From: an uncultured delta proteobacterium
Lineage (GTDB): Bacteria > Desulfobacterota > Binatia > UBA9968
Assembly (NCBI GenBank): GCA_963804165.1
Contig: CAWDPO010000045.1
Location: forward strand, 1 to 64,000
Length of the DNA: 64,000 nt
Direction of reading: 5' to 3'
Each line of letters starts with the position of its first letter. The stretch's first letter is position 1. This document shows, piece by piece, positions 10,682 to 21,353 of this stretch. Both the position numbers and the translations under genes were made by a program. The notes below the pieces were generated by a model, which was not told the DNA's origin, did no database searches, and saw only the letters and a list, made by a program, of their open reading frames with translations.

Positions 10682-10712
10682 TCGGTCAGTGACCGGATCG
10701 CCGCTTTGTGCC

Positions 10713-11252
10713 TCATGAACGGCGCGTCGACTTTTTAATCCGCTCGATTTCTTTGCCGTCCTCGCCGTCGTAGTAATCGACGTTTTTATCCTTAACGTAG
10801 AGCGCGCGGAAACCCACTTGGGGTCCCACCGCGGCCGTACCATAGGCACCGACTTTATTGGAGTCGGGATATTCGCAAAGATCCGGAAAGTCCATCGTAC
10901 TGACTACTAAATAACGTAACTCGCCGGCGCCGGTATTGATGAGCTGATGAGGATACTCGCCGCCCGCCGGACAAGCGACGACCGTTTCTGCGTTAACGGA
11001 GATTTCGTCTTTGCCGAATCGTAAAATGCCCTCGCCATCGATGATGTAAATCATCTCTTCGTTGCCGCTGTGCGTGTGATAGGGGAACGCCGCCTTGCCC
11101 GGCGGAACGTAAAAGAAACTATATCCCAATTTTTGCGCGCCGAGATGCATGCCCACGCGTTGGCGCCTGCCGCCGAAGGGTGAACTCGCCGGCGCGTTGA
11201 TCTTGTCGACCGGAACTTCGGAAAGATTAATGATGTGTCTATGCCTAGCCAT
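10713..11252 (-). CDS. Cupin-domain protein
   Basis: PYHTHSGNEEMIYI..GEG, HQLINTG. Confidence 0.88.
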   Translation of the reverse strand: MARHRHIINLSEVPVDKINAPASSPFGGRRQRVGMHLGAQKLGYSFFYVPPGKAAFPYHTHSGNEEMIYIIDGEGILRFGKDEISVNAETVVACPAGGEYPHQLINTGAGELRYLVVSTMDFPDLCEYPDSNKVGAYGTAAVGPQVGFRALYVKDKNVDYYDGEDGKEIERIKKSTRRS

Positions 11253-11311
11253 AGCTCCTCCTGAGCCGTAATAGGTGTGAATGCTAGAATTGTGTGCTAT
11301 CAAAATGAATT

Positions 11312-12289
11312 ATGTTGGTGCTTTCAGAACAACAGGTTCAAAGCCTCATCGATATCGACGAATTGATCGTAGCCTTGGAACAAGCCCACGTCCAGTACTC
11401 CACGGGACACGCTGTGATGCCGGTGCGCTTGGTCGTGCCGTTGCCGCAAATTCGAGGCCGCATCACCAGCATGCCGGGCTTTTTGACCCAAGATAATGCG
11501 CTCGGCATGAAAGTCGTCACCTATTTTCAAGACAATCCCAAAAATCATTTGCCGGCAATCCTGGCCACGATTATGCTCTTCAACACCGAGACAGGAAAAA
11601 TGATTGCCGCGATGGACGGCAGCTATATCACAGCGATTCGCACCGCCTGCGCGTCGGCGATGGCGACGAAAGCGCTGGCGGATACGCAAACCGCGGTGCT
11701 GGGAATTTTGGGTGCCGGCGTTCAGGCGCGAGCGCATATCCAAGCACTCATGCGTGTGAGAAACATTGCCAAGATCAAGATTTATAGTCCGTCCGGCACC
11801 AGTGCCGCCACCGTCAAAAAAGAAATGGAGCCCGAAGTCGAGGCGGCAATTGACGTCGCCAGGAGCGCGGAGGAAACCGTGCGTGATGCCGATCTCCTGG
11901 TCACCGTCACTCCAGCCAAGGAGCCCATCGTGAAACCCGAATGGCTCAAAGCCGGTATGCATATAAACGCGGTGGGTTCGCACCGTCCCGATTTGCGCGA
12001 AATTGACGGCGCTACTCTGACGCGCGCCAAAATTGTCGTCGACTCTCGCGATGCAATCATGGCTGAATGCGGCGATATCCTGCTCGCGCTGAAGGAAAAA
12101 AGCATTCCTGAGAATGCTATCCATGCGGAGATCGGTGAAGTCCTCGCGGGAGCTAAAGTCGGAAGAGAAAGCGCTGACGAAATTACGCTCTACAAGTCGG
12201 TCGGCATCGCGATCCAGGACGTCGCTGCGGCCAACCTCGTCTACCGCAAAGCGCTGGAGCAACGAATCGGCACTAACGTTGACGTCTGA
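11312..12289 (+). CDS. Ornithine cyclodeaminase/mu-crystallin family protein
   Basis: TAIRTA, GAGVQA, NAVGS, YKSVGIAIQD. Confidence 0.92.
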   Translation: MLVLSEQQVQSLIDIDELIVALEQAHVQYSTGHAVMPVRLVVPLPQIRGRITSMPGFLTQDNALGMKVVTYFQDNPKNHLPAILATIMLFNTETGKMIAAMDGSYITAIRTACASAMATKALADTQTAVLGILGAGVQARAHIQALMRVRNIAKIKIYSPSGTSAATVKKEMEPEVEAAIDVARSAEETVRDADLLVTVTPAKEPIVKPEWLKAGMHINAVGSHRPDLREIDGATLTRAKIVVDSRDAIMAECGDILLALKEKSIPENAIHAEIGEVLAGAKVGRESADEITLYKSVGIAIQDVAAANLVYRKALEQRIGTNVDV

Positions 12290-12357
12290 AATTCGCACCG
12301 GAGCTATTGGCCGATGCGAGATTTACTAGAACCGGCGAACCGGAAACTGAAAGAGCT

Positions 12358-14160
12358 ATGACCTGGGATCTCACAAGTTACTTTCCGACATTCGACGGCC
12401 CCGAGTTGCATCAATTCAAAGAAGCGATCCGCAACGACGTGGCAGCGTTGAAGCAGGATGCTTCCACGTTGGCTGTTTTGAGCGATGAATCGGCTTCAGC
12501 CTGGGAGAATATTTTACTGCGCAATGAGGATTTGATGCGACGCATGTCGCATTTGAATTCGTATGTCAGCTGTCTCGCTTCCGCCGACGCTTACAACGAA
12601 GCTTATCGTAAGGAAGAAGCGGATCTCATCCGCACCCGCGCGGAGCTGGCCAAGGTTCGCATCGAGCTAATGCGCGCGTTCAAAGAGATTCGACAGGAGG
12701 CATTCAGCGACCTATTAGACAACCCCTCGCTGGATGACGCCCAGAACTACTTAAACCGCCTGCGCGAAGAAGCCAGCCGAGCCATGTCCAGTGACAAAGA
12801 AGCGCTTGCCACTGATCTCGGTATCGACGGCATCCAAGCCTGGGGCCAAATCTATGACACGGTCTCATCAAAGCTCGTATTCGACATGGTTTTCCCCGAC
12901 GGTTCTCGCAAAAAGTTACCGATGTCCCAACGCCGCTCGTTGTTGGACAATCCTGATCGCCGCGTGCGCAAGGCTGCCTTCGACGGGGGCAATGCTGCAT
13001 GGCAGACGATCGAAGACACAGCGGCGAGCGCGCTCAACGCCATCGCCGGAACTCGGTTAACTTTGAATCGCTATCGCCGTGTCGATCACTTCCTCGATAT
13101 CGCGTTGTTCCAAGCGGCGATCACGCGCAAGACGTTGGATGCCATGCTTGAGGCTTTAATGGCAAATCTGGAGATCCCGCGGCGTATTCTGCGCTTCAAG
13201 GCCAAACTGATGCAACGGCAGACCGTCAGTTGGTACGATCTCGGCGCGCCGCTCGATTTGCCCAATCCTGAGAAGCTCTCCTGGGAAAATGCCAGGGCGA
13301 TGGTCGGCTCATCCTTCACGCGCGCGTATCCCGCGCTCGGCGATTTTTTTCAGCGCCACGTGATCGCCAAGAACTGGGTAGACTGGGAACCTCGCGCGGG
13401 AAAAAGGCCGGGAGGTTTTTGCACCAGCTCGATGGTCAACAAGGAATCGCGAATCTTCATGACTTACAACGATTCGTTGGGCGACGTGCTCACGCTGGCT
13501 CACGAAGCCGGCCATGCATATCACGGTTTTCTAATGCGCGACGTGCGCCCTTTCGCGCGCGGCTATCCGATGACTTTGGCTGAGACGGCCTCGACCTTCG
13601 GAGAACAAGTGCTAATGAACGGTTTTCTCGAGGACCCGACTGTGACAGATCGGCAGAAAGCCCTGATTCTCGACGTCGAAGTCGGCCACGGCGCCATCTA
13701 TCTTTTAGACATCCCCGTGCGCTATGAGTTTGAAAGGACCTTTTACGAGGAGAGATCAAAAAACCCCGTGAGCGTCTCGCGCCTCAAGCAACTGATGGTC
13801 GACACCCAACGGCGTGTGCTCGGCGACGTCCTGGAATCCGGCGGCGAAGATCCCTACTTTTGGGCCTCGAAGCTGCATTTTTACATTACCGGCATCACTT
13901 TTTATAACTTTCCTTACACCTTCGGCTACCTTCTAAGCCGCGGACTTTTCGGCATGTTCAAGAAAGAAAGCGCGAGTTTTTTGCCAAAGTACGAGGCGTT
14001 TCTCCGCCTCGCCGGCAGCGATACGGCTGAAAATGTCGTTAAGCGAACTATCGGTGTGGACATCGAGAAGGCGGATTTCTGGGTTGAGGCGATGCAAAGC
14101 TTGGAAGAACCGCTGAATCGTTTGCAGGCTCTCACGCCGAAAGTTCTGCCAATTCGTTAA
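12358..14160 (+). CDS. pepF: M3B oligoendopeptidase F
   Basis: HEAGH zinc motif, AETAS, KRPGGFC, FYNFPY. Confidence 0.9.
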   Translation: MTWDLTSYFPTFDGPELHQFKEAIRNDVAALKQDASTLAVLSDESASAWENILLRNEDLMRRMSHLNSYVSCLASADAYNEAYRKEEADLIRTRAELAKVRIELMRAFKEIRQEAFSDLLDNPSLDDAQNYLNRLREEASRAMSSDKEALATDLGIDGIQAWGQIYDTVSSKLVFDMVFPDGSRKKLPMSQRRSLLDNPDRRVRKAAFDGGNAAWQTIEDTAASALNAIAGTRLTLNRYRRVDHFLDIALFQAAITRKTLDAMLEALMANLEIPRRILRFKAKLMQRQTVSWYDLGAPLDLPNPEKLSWENARAMVGSSFTRAYPALGDFFQRHVIAKNWVDWEPRAGKRPGGFCTSSMVNKESRIFMTYNDSLGDVLTLAHEAGHAYHGFLMRDVRPFARGYPMTLAETASTFGEQVLMNGFLEDPTVTDRQKALILDVEVGHGAIYLLDIPVRYEFERTFYEERSKNPVSVSRLKQLMVDTQRRVLGDVLESGGEDPYFWASKLHFYITGITFYNFPYTFGYLLSRGLFGMFKKESASFLPKYEAFLRLAGSDTAENVVKRTIGVDIEKADFWVEAMQSLEEPLNRLQALTPKVLPIR

Positions 14161-14196
14161 GGGAAGAATTTCCGGTTGTTAACTAAAAACTGGAAA

Positions 14197-15459
14197 CTAG
14201 AAACTAGTCCTATCCATCCCGTCCAGCAGCGCAGTGCGCAACAGATCGACGGCGTTGAGTGTCATGCGCGAGCGGTCATACGCGCCGCGCCCCGCGCTGG
14301 TGCTCTCGCGCCGGATAAAATGTTTGCCGTCAGTCAGCGAGACATAAGTCTGGCCCCGCGCTAAATTCTGCACCTTGCTATCCGGATCAGCGATGGCGTG
14401 TAGCGCTAAGCCAAAATCGCAGCCTGCTTGCGCGCGCGCCGCCGCCGCCAGCTCATCGGTGAGAGCGATCGGGTCATTCAGCACCGCGTCGATTTTCTTT
14501 TCATCGCCCGCGAACTTCAACAGCGCGCGCATAGCCGCTTCGCTGTTGCAGATAAACCCGGCGCCGAAATGTTCCATGCTCGCCGACTGAAGGCGCTCGG
14601 CCAACTGGCCGCAAGTCAAGTCTTCGCACGCCGCCACGGTCTTATTTTGCTCGCGCAAGAGCCGACCGACCACATGCTCCATCGCCTCATCGTCAGCCGC
14701 GAAAATGGCATTGCCCATCAAACTCCGCACCTCCGCTTCCACAGGCGCGATCATTTTCATCGCCTCGTCACGATTGGCGGCCTTGGCGGCGATGCGGACG
14801 TCGACTTGACCGGGCAGCGCCAAAACGCCCACGGTGGGATTGCTCGAGTTGGCGATCAAGTGGCCGACTTTGTCGTCCACCGCGCTCTCGCCGATACCGA
14901 CGATTTTCAGCACGCGGTAATGAATGACCTCAGCCAAGTTGAATTTGTGGCGCAAATAAGGTTCGACCTCGTTCTCGAACAGCCATTTCATCTCCACCGG
15001 CACGCCGGGGAGAGAATAAATGACGCCGCGCGGATCTTCGACGATGAAGCAAGGCGCGGTGCCGTTTGGATTCCTTACGGGAATCGCGCCCGCCGGCATG
15101 TAGGATTGCCTGATATTGTTCGGCGTCATGGTCCGCCCGCGGCGGCGAAAATGCTCCTCGACCTGTTCCAGCATCTCGGCATTCTGGATGAGTTCCCTGC
15201 CGCTCACCTCAGCGACGATCTCGCGAGTCAAGTCGTCTTGCGTCGGACCCAATCCGCCACTGGTAATGACAACGTCCGCGCGCTCCAATGCGCGCGCGAT
15301 GACTTCCTTCATCCTCCCTGGGTTGTCGCCGACCACGGACTTGAAATAGAGATTCACACCCAGCGCCGTAAGGCGCTGTGCCATCCAGGCGGAATTGGTG
15401 TCGACGATCTGACCCAAAAGCAGTTCCGATCCGATCGCCACGATTTCTGCGTTCGCCAT
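14197..15459 (-). CDS. cinA: CinA-family protein (MoCF-like domain plus divergent PncC-like domain)
   Basis: IGSELLLGQIVDTNS, GGLGPTQDDLT, GTAP, LPGVP. Confidence 0.9.
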   Translation of the reverse strand: MANAEIVAIGSELLLGQIVDTNSAWMAQRLTALGVNLYFKSVVGDNPGRMKEVIARALERADVVITSGGLGPTQDDLTREIVAEVSGRELIQNAEMLEQVEEHFRRRGRTMTPNNIRQSYMPAGAIPVRNPNGTAPCFIVEDPRGVIYSLPGVPVEMKWLFENEVEPYLRHKFNLAEVIHYRVLKIVGIGESAVDDKVGHLIANSSNPTVGVLALPGQVDVRIAAKAANRDEAMKMIAPVEAEVRSLMGNAIFAADDEAMEHVVGRLLREQNKTVAACEDLTCGQLAERLQSASMEHFGAGFICNSEAAMRALLKFAGDEKKIDAVLNDPIALTDELAAAARAQAGCDFGLALHAIADPDSKVQNLARGQTYVSLTDGKHFIRRESTSAGRGAYDRSRMTLNAVDLLRTALLDGMDRTSF

Positions 15460-15580
15460 AGAACACTTCTCCTTGATCCATAGAAATTTATATCTTAGGC
15501 CAGCCGCCGGAAACAAGGCGAATGTTCTATCCGATTTCGCCGCCCTTGTTCGCTTTCGGCTTCTTTGCCAGAATACAGCG

Positions 15581-16342
15581 ATGATTATTTTGCTATCGAA
15601 CGACGATGGCATACAGTCCGAAGGATTGACGGCTCTCGAAGAAAGCCTGCGCAAGGCTGGTGATGCTAGCGTTGAAATCTACACCGTGGCGCCGGACCGC
15701 GCGCAGAGTTCCATGAGCCACGCCCTGACGCTGCACCGCCCGTTGCGGGTGCATGAGCTCGGTCCGCGCCGACTCGCCGTGGACGGCACGCCCGTGGACT
15801 GCGTGAAGCTTTCGCTCACCGGCCTTTTGCCGGTCAAGCCGGATTTGGTGATTTCGGGTATCAACAAAGGGCCTAATTTAGGCGACGACATCATCTACTC
15901 CGGCACCGTCTCCGCCGCCATCGAAGGCGCGCTGCTTAATATTCCCGCGATCGCGGTATCCCTGGTGACGTTCAAGGATTTTGATTTCCGCGCGGCTGCG
16001 GAGTTCACCGCCACCCTGGTTGAGCGCATCGTCGAGCGCGGCATTCCGCCAAAAACGCTTCTCAACGTGAACGTCCCCGCGATCCCAAAAAACGAAATCA
16101 AAGGCTGGCGCGCGACGCGCATGGGGAAACGCCACTACAGCGAAACCATCGTCGAAAGAATCGATCCGCGCGGCGGTAAATATTATTGGATCGGCGGCGA
16201 CGATCTTGGGTTCGCCGATGACGACGGCACTGACTGCAAAACGGTGCATGAAGGTTATGTTTCCGTGACGCCGTTACAAGTCGACCTCACGGATTACAAA
16301 TTGTTACAGAATACCACCCTGCCGGATTTTCCTTGGCCGTGA
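15581..16342 (+). CDS. surE: 5'/3'-nucleotidase SurE
   Basis: SNDDG, GTPVDC, SGINKGPN, YSGTV. Confidence 0.96.
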   Translation: MIILLSNDDGIQSEGLTALEESLRKAGDASVEIYTVAPDRAQSSMSHALTLHRPLRVHELGPRRLAVDGTPVDCVKLSLTGLLPVKPDLVISGINKGPNLGDDIIYSGTVSAAIEGALLNIPAIAVSLVTFKDFDFRAAAEFTATLVERIVERGIPPKTLLNVNVPAIPKNEIKGWRATRMGKRHYSETIVERIDPRGGKYYWIGGDDLGFADDDGTDCKTVHEGYVSVTPLQVDLTDYKLLQNTTLPDFPWP

Positions 16343-16366
16343 TTCATTTCATAGGCGGCGACTTCG

Positions 16367-16739
<373 letters not shown>

Positions 16740-16824
16740 ATGGGTGGCCGCTTCGGTCAGCTCTCCTTGACATAGGTAATCCTAATGATAAGTGCACTAG
16801 CACTCTAACAATCGAGGGGGAAAA

Positions 16825-17883
16825 ATGACGCAGACGATTTCCGTGGCTGCCGTTTCGATACTTATCGCATTAATTTCGGCATCGCCGCTTTGCGCCCAAT
16901 CCCCCCCCTACTTTCAAGGTAAGACCATCCTGTTGATTCAGGGACGCGAACCCGGCGGCACCGGCGCGTTACGCGTGCAAGCAGCGATCCCGTTTATCAA
17001 GAAGTACCTGCCCGGCGAGCCGGTTATCGTCACTCAGTTTATGCCCGGCGGCGGCGGCAGAAAAGCAACTAATTATATTTATCACAACGCCAAACCGGAT
17101 GGCCTGACCTTCGGCAACGTCGGTTCCGGACTGATTGCAAACGCCATCCTTGGTTCGATTGGCGTCGAGTACGACATCGACAAGTTAATCTACCTCGGCG
17201 CCTCCAATAGTACGGCGCAGTATGTTTTCGGCACCACCGCGAAACTGGGTCTCGATACCTTGGACAAGCTCCGGGCGCGCGCCGGCTTGCGTATTGGTGC
17301 CCAAACTGTGGGGCACGATATTTACATTAACGGCAGGCTATTTTCGTGGCTGCTCGGTCTCAAAGAACCGCGGTTCGTTACCGGCTATTCGGGCCCCGAA
17401 GTCGACTTGGCGATTGCCCGCGGTGAGTTGGATGGCCGCGCCAACATTCCCGATACGATTTTACAGAGGTCGCCGGAACATGTCGAAAAGAAGCTGATCA
17501 ACTACCACGCGATCATCCAGATACCAAAGGAAGATCGCCACCCCTACCCAGCATTTAACAAATTACCCGAATTGGAAAGTTTTACGAAAAGCGACAAAGA
17601 GCGAAAAATCATGACGATGTTCCGAAACTTCCGGTTGGTAGGCTCGCCGTACATTTTGCCGCCGGGCACGCCTGTGGAAATTACCAACCTTTTCCGTGAG
17701 GCTATGCGTAAGACATTCAAAGATCCGGCGTTTCTAAAAGAGTTCAAGAAGCTATCCGCGGACGACGCCACGCCACTACTGCCCGAAGCGCAAGACAAGG
17801 CCATCAAGGATATCTCCCGCGAAGCCGATGTGATTGGGCTTTTCAACAAGATCGCCGGCAGCGAGCCTCTGCCATCTCGCTAA
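16825..17883 (+). CDS. Tripartite tricarboxylate transporter (Bug/TctC-like) substrate-binding protein
   Basis: Signal peptide, PGG, MPGGGG, AKPDGLT, GELDG. Confidence 0.82.
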   Translation: MTQTISVAAVSILIALISASPLCAQSPPYFQGKTILLIQGREPGGTGALRVQAAIPFIKKYLPGEPVIVTQFMPGGGGRKATNYIYHNAKPDGLTFGNVGSGLIANAILGSIGVEYDIDKLIYLGASNSTAQYVFGTTAKLGLDTLDKLRARAGLRIGAQTVGHDIYINGRLFSWLLGLKEPRFVTGYSGPEVDLAIARGELDGRANIPDTILQRSPEHVEKKLINYHAIIQIPKEDRHPYPAFNKLPELESFTKSDKERKIMTMFRNFRLVGSPYILPPGTPVEITNLFREAMRKTFKDPAFLKEFKKLSADDATPLLPEAQDKAIKDISREADVIGLFNKIAGSEPLPSR

Positions 17884-18018
17884 ATGAAGTGGAATCTCTG
17901 CCCGGCAATTGTTGAACTGCGGAAAATAAATAGCCATCGGGCTTGTTATTCTTCAAGTTCTCAACGCGGACGCGACCGTCGGGCTTAGCGGATTTTCACC
18001 CAAAGAGGGCCACACGAC

Positions 18019-18357
18019 ATGATCGACGGCAAACTGATCACCACCGCTTTTGAGCTACCGGGTTACCGGATCGCGGGTAATCTCGGAGTTGTGCGCGGTA
18101 TCATTGTCAGGTCACGCAGCATCATCGGCAATATCGGCGCGAGTTTGCAGACCCTAGTCGGCGGAAACATTTCGATTTATACCGAGCTCTGTGAAAAGGC
18201 ACGCGAAGATGCGCACCGGTTGATGGTCGAACACGCGACGCAGCTCGGCGCCAGCGCGATCATAGGCGTGCGTTACGATGCCAACGAGATTACCGCTGGG
18301 GTGACCGAAGTATTGGCATACGGCACTGCGGTCCATGTCGAAATTCACCGCGGCTGA
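18019..18357 (+). CDS. YbjQ/UPF0145 family protein
   Basis: GG.I..YTEL...RE.A, IIGVRYD, AYGTAV. Confidence 0.9.
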   Translation: MIDGKLITTAFELPGYRIAGNLGVVRGIIVRSRSIIGNIGASLQTLVGGNISIYTELCEKAREDAHRLMVEHATQLGASAIIGVRYDANEITAGVTEVLAYGTAVHVEIHRG

Positions 18358-18473
18358 ATACGATCGTTTTATGTTTCATAAAGCGCGCGTCTACGGGGTC
18401 TAGAGAACGAGAACATAACAGACGATGAGTCTACGACTTTGGAGTTTCGCGCTGATGCGACCAAGCCCGGCGG

Positions 18474-19193
18474 TCACCCCAAGGCGTCGGGCAATCCCTG
18501 CAAAACTATTCCACGATCTGGGACGATGTTAAAAACGTACTGCGCCGGGGCCATTGCGGTACCGCGCATTTTTTCGATCGTCACCGTGCGCACAAAGCGG
18601 CCATTCACGAGCTCCATCTCCAAAACAAACGTCCCCGATACCAGGTATTCTTCGATCCCGCGGACGTTTCTCTCCACTGCGTAGGTAGTCAATAAATTAG
18701 TCGTGTTGGTATTGGCTTGAAGACCGTAGAACAATAAACGTGCCTGGTCGAGAACGCGAGACATCGAATCCCGGCTAAAAAGCAGCGGCCCCACCGGGTC
18801 GATGACCACTCGCGCAGCCCCCATCCGGGTGATGTAGTTGCTGAGGTCGGTAACAACTCGCTGAACGTCGACGTTTCTTCCTTGGCCGTCGGCGACGCGC
18901 GTATTGAAATAGGCTGACGCGTCAAGAATCAAAAATTCCTTGGATTCAATAAAAGGAGCAAGGTCCCAGCCCAGCGAAGCGGCTTGTTCAACGACGTCCG
19001 CAGGCTTCTCATCGATGGCGACATAAAGGCCCTTTTCCTTCTCCATCAGGCCGTTGACCAGGTATTGTAAACCGAAAACCGTCTTGCCGGTTCCCGGTTC
19101 GCCGACAACCAGATAAGTTTTCCCTGCCCTGAGCCCGCCCTCGATCAACATATCGATCTCGGGAACTCCCGTCGGTATTCGTTTGCCTTTCAT
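18474..19193 (-). CDS. Single-domain KaiC/RAD55-like ATPase
   Basis: RIPTGVPEID.LI.GG, Walker A GEPGTGKT, VVID, EKMRGT. Confidence 0.88.
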   Translation of the reverse strand: MKGKRIPTGVPEIDMLIEGGLRAGKTYLVVGEPGTGKTVFGLQYLVNGLMEKEKGLYVAIDEKPADVVEQAASLGWDLAPFIESKEFLILDASAYFNTRVADGQGRNVDVQRVVTDLSNYITRMGAARVVIDPVGPLLFSRDSMSRVLDQARLLFYGLQANTNTTNLLTTYAVERNVRGIEEYLVSGTFVLEMELVNGRFVRTVTIEKMRGTAMAPAQYVFNIVPDRGIVLQGLPDALG

Positions 19194-19387
19194 AGCCGAA
19201 CTTTCGCGCTCAACAACGATAACAATACCAGAGACGGAATGCCAAGAGCGAGCCGATGTATTGAAAAAGTCCGAATCGGACGCGCGGCAAAGCTTCGTGC
19301 TAGCGCGCGCTTCGCGAATCGCAGAGTCGACACAGGAGTTAAAATATGAATCAAGCGCGCGGGCTGTCCGCTACCGCGCCAGCGGGG

Positions 19388-21283
19388 TTACCGCCGGGCT
19401 TTCCAGCGTCCGCTCTTTTCGCGTAATTCGGCGCGCGCCCGCTCGATATCCGCGGACATGCGTGCCTGCATGAGTTTGAGCGGATCCGCGCCTTCAACAA
19501 GTATCTGATCTCTTGGCCCGTCACCTTCACGCGATTCTTGTGGCCCTTGCGAGGCGACATCTAACCGGGGAAGCGACGAGTCCAAACGAACCTCCGGAGC
19601 CGCATCATGCGCACGAAAATCACGCAGCGTTGGCGCCGCCTCTTGAATTCGATTTGCGACAAGAACTCGGGACGGCGCCAATCCGGCTCCGGCTCGCGTC
19701 ATTTGCTGGGTCAAGCTTTGCAGTTGCGCTTTAAGCTCACGCATCTCGGTGTCACGCCGATCGAGATGGGGGATTTGCTGGGCGAGCTGCTCTTGCAGCT
19801 CGCGAATTCTTGCGCTCAACGTTTCCGCCACACCGCGACTCACTGAGTCCCGCGCTTGCACATCGTCTAACTGCGCCCGAAGCGCGGCCAACTCGGCCGC
19901 AAATCCGCCCCGTTCCTGCGCCGCCTGCGCAGTTTCGTTGATCATCAGCGCATGGGTCTGCTGCACCACCGACTCAATTTCCTTGATGCGCTGCGCCAGT
20001 CTTTCCAATTGGGTTTCGAGTTCCCGACGCTGAAGGTCGCCGGCTCGGAAACTTTGTTTTTCTTGCGCCAAATACACCTGAATTTCGTCGATCTTCGTGC
20101 GCACGGTCTCTTCCACGCTCTTAAGTAGCGCTTCCGCTGGCGGTTGGATTTGCTGCTCGCTCAACTCGCTCTTGATCGAATTCAGTTCAACTCCGATACC
20201 CGCAACAGCCCGCTCCACAGCGCCTTCGATATTCGCCATTCGAGCGACCAAGACCTCTATTTCAGCGCTGAAGTCACCGCGGTCAACTTTTATTTCCCCA
20301 ACGCCTCGCAGCTGACTTTGCATCTCATCGCCAAATTCGCGCAATCTGAGAGCGATCTGGTCCGCTACCTCATGCTTCAAGCGCGCTCGCTCGGCATCGA
20401 AATCGAGCGCTGACGCCGTGCCCCCCGCTGTCGACGAGCGCAACGCGGTGAGACCGGCGGTGAGGTCGGCGCAGGACCCGGTGTTCTGTTCGATCTCACG
20501 ACGCAAGTCATCGACTTTTTTTTGCAACGATTCTTTAAGTGTTTCGATTGCCGACTCCGCCGGTTGTTGTTCGTGGAGCCGTTCGAAAACATCCGCTTTG
20601 AACGCCGCGAATTCGCCTCTGATACGGTCCGCCGCAAACTTTTGGCCACGCTCGATGTCGCTTAGCGTCTGAGATTGAATTGCTTGGACAGACAGCTCCG
20701 TTCGCGCAATGCGCTCCGCTAAGGTGCGCAACTCAAGTTTGCAATCCGCGAATTCGCCCAGGGCACGGTCGAGGCCCTCGGGTTTTGCGCTACTTTGATT
20801 TTCCAGCTGTTGTACTCTGACGCCAAGATTCTCGGCGATCTCTGCAAAGCGGGAGGGGTCAGTTTCCACATGCCTCTCACGTTCGCGAGACTGAGATTCT
20901 AACGCCGCCAGCTCGCTCTTGAGCAGGTCGGGCATGCGGGTAAATTGTTCGGCCAAGGACTCGAGCCCGCCCATGCGCTCGAAGATGCTCTGCATCTCCG
21001 TTTTTAGTTGATGTAATTCTCCGATTTGCGCGGTCGAGCTGGCGGCCGCATGCGGCTGGTTTTGAAGATCGTGGATTTGCGCGAGCAAACTCTCCTCTAG
21101 CCGTCTGAATTGCTCAGCCCGCTGCGCTTCATTCGCAGCTAATGCTTGTGCCAGCCCAAAATCCGCGGCCGCTCGCCCAACCAGCCAACCGAACAAAACG
21201 TCTTTGCCGGCCCCAAGGTTGCCGCCTTGAGCGTTGGACGGCTTGTCATTCCCATCATCTGCCACGAGATACGCTCCTCGCAA
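19388..21283 (-). CDS. Long coiled-coil hypothetical protein
   Basis: 631-aa open frame, E/Q/L/A/R-rich heptad composition, no catalytic motif seen. Confidence 0.75.
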   Translation of the reverse strand: MRGAYLVADDGNDKPSNAQGGNLGAGKDVLFGWLVGRAAADFGLAQALAANEAQRAEQFRRLEESLLAQIHDLQNQPHAAASSTAQIGELHQLKTEMQSIFERMGGLESLAEQFTRMPDLLKSELAALESQSRERERHVETDPSRFAEIAENLGVRVQQLENQSSAKPEGLDRALGEFADCKLELRTLAERIARTELSVQAIQSQTLSDIERGQKFAADRIRGEFAAFKADVFERLHEQQPAESAIETLKESLQKKVDDLRREIEQNTGSCADLTAGLTALRSSTAGGTASALDFDAERARLKHEVADQIALRLREFGDEMQSQLRGVGEIKVDRGDFSAEIEVLVARMANIEGAVERAVAGIGVELNSIKSELSEQQIQPPAEALLKSVEETVRTKIDEIQVYLAQEKQSFRAGDLQRRELETQLERLAQRIKEIESVVQQTHALMINETAQAAQERGGFAAELAALRAQLDDVQARDSVSRGVAETLSARIRELQEQLAQQIPHLDRRDTEMRELKAQLQSLTQQMTRAGAGLAPSRVLVANRIQEAAPTLRDFRAHDAAPEVRLDSSLPRLDVASQGPQESREGDGPRDQILVEGADPLKLMQARMSADIERARAELREKSGRWKARR

Positions 21284-21337
21284 ACTGAATGTCGACCATT
21301 ACTCCGCCCTCGATCAGCAATTCACCGGCCCCGTAGA

Positions 21338-21353
21338 AGCCAATTGTGTGCCA
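21338..21353 (-). promoter_or_regulatory. Possible sigma54 -24/-12 promoter for the coiled-coil gene
   Basis: Minus strand TGGCACACAATTGGCT (GG-N10-GC). Confidence 0.4.

Noticed and set aside
6913-15483. Long antisense ORFs over purH (6913-7920), the OCD-family gene (11324-12298) and cinA (14428-15483)
   Set aside because: Shadow frames of well-conserved genes, with no independent coding signal.
18474-19193. Circadian kaiC
   Set aside because: Single domain, no kaiA/kaiB, and the canonical ST phosphorylation sites are not evident.
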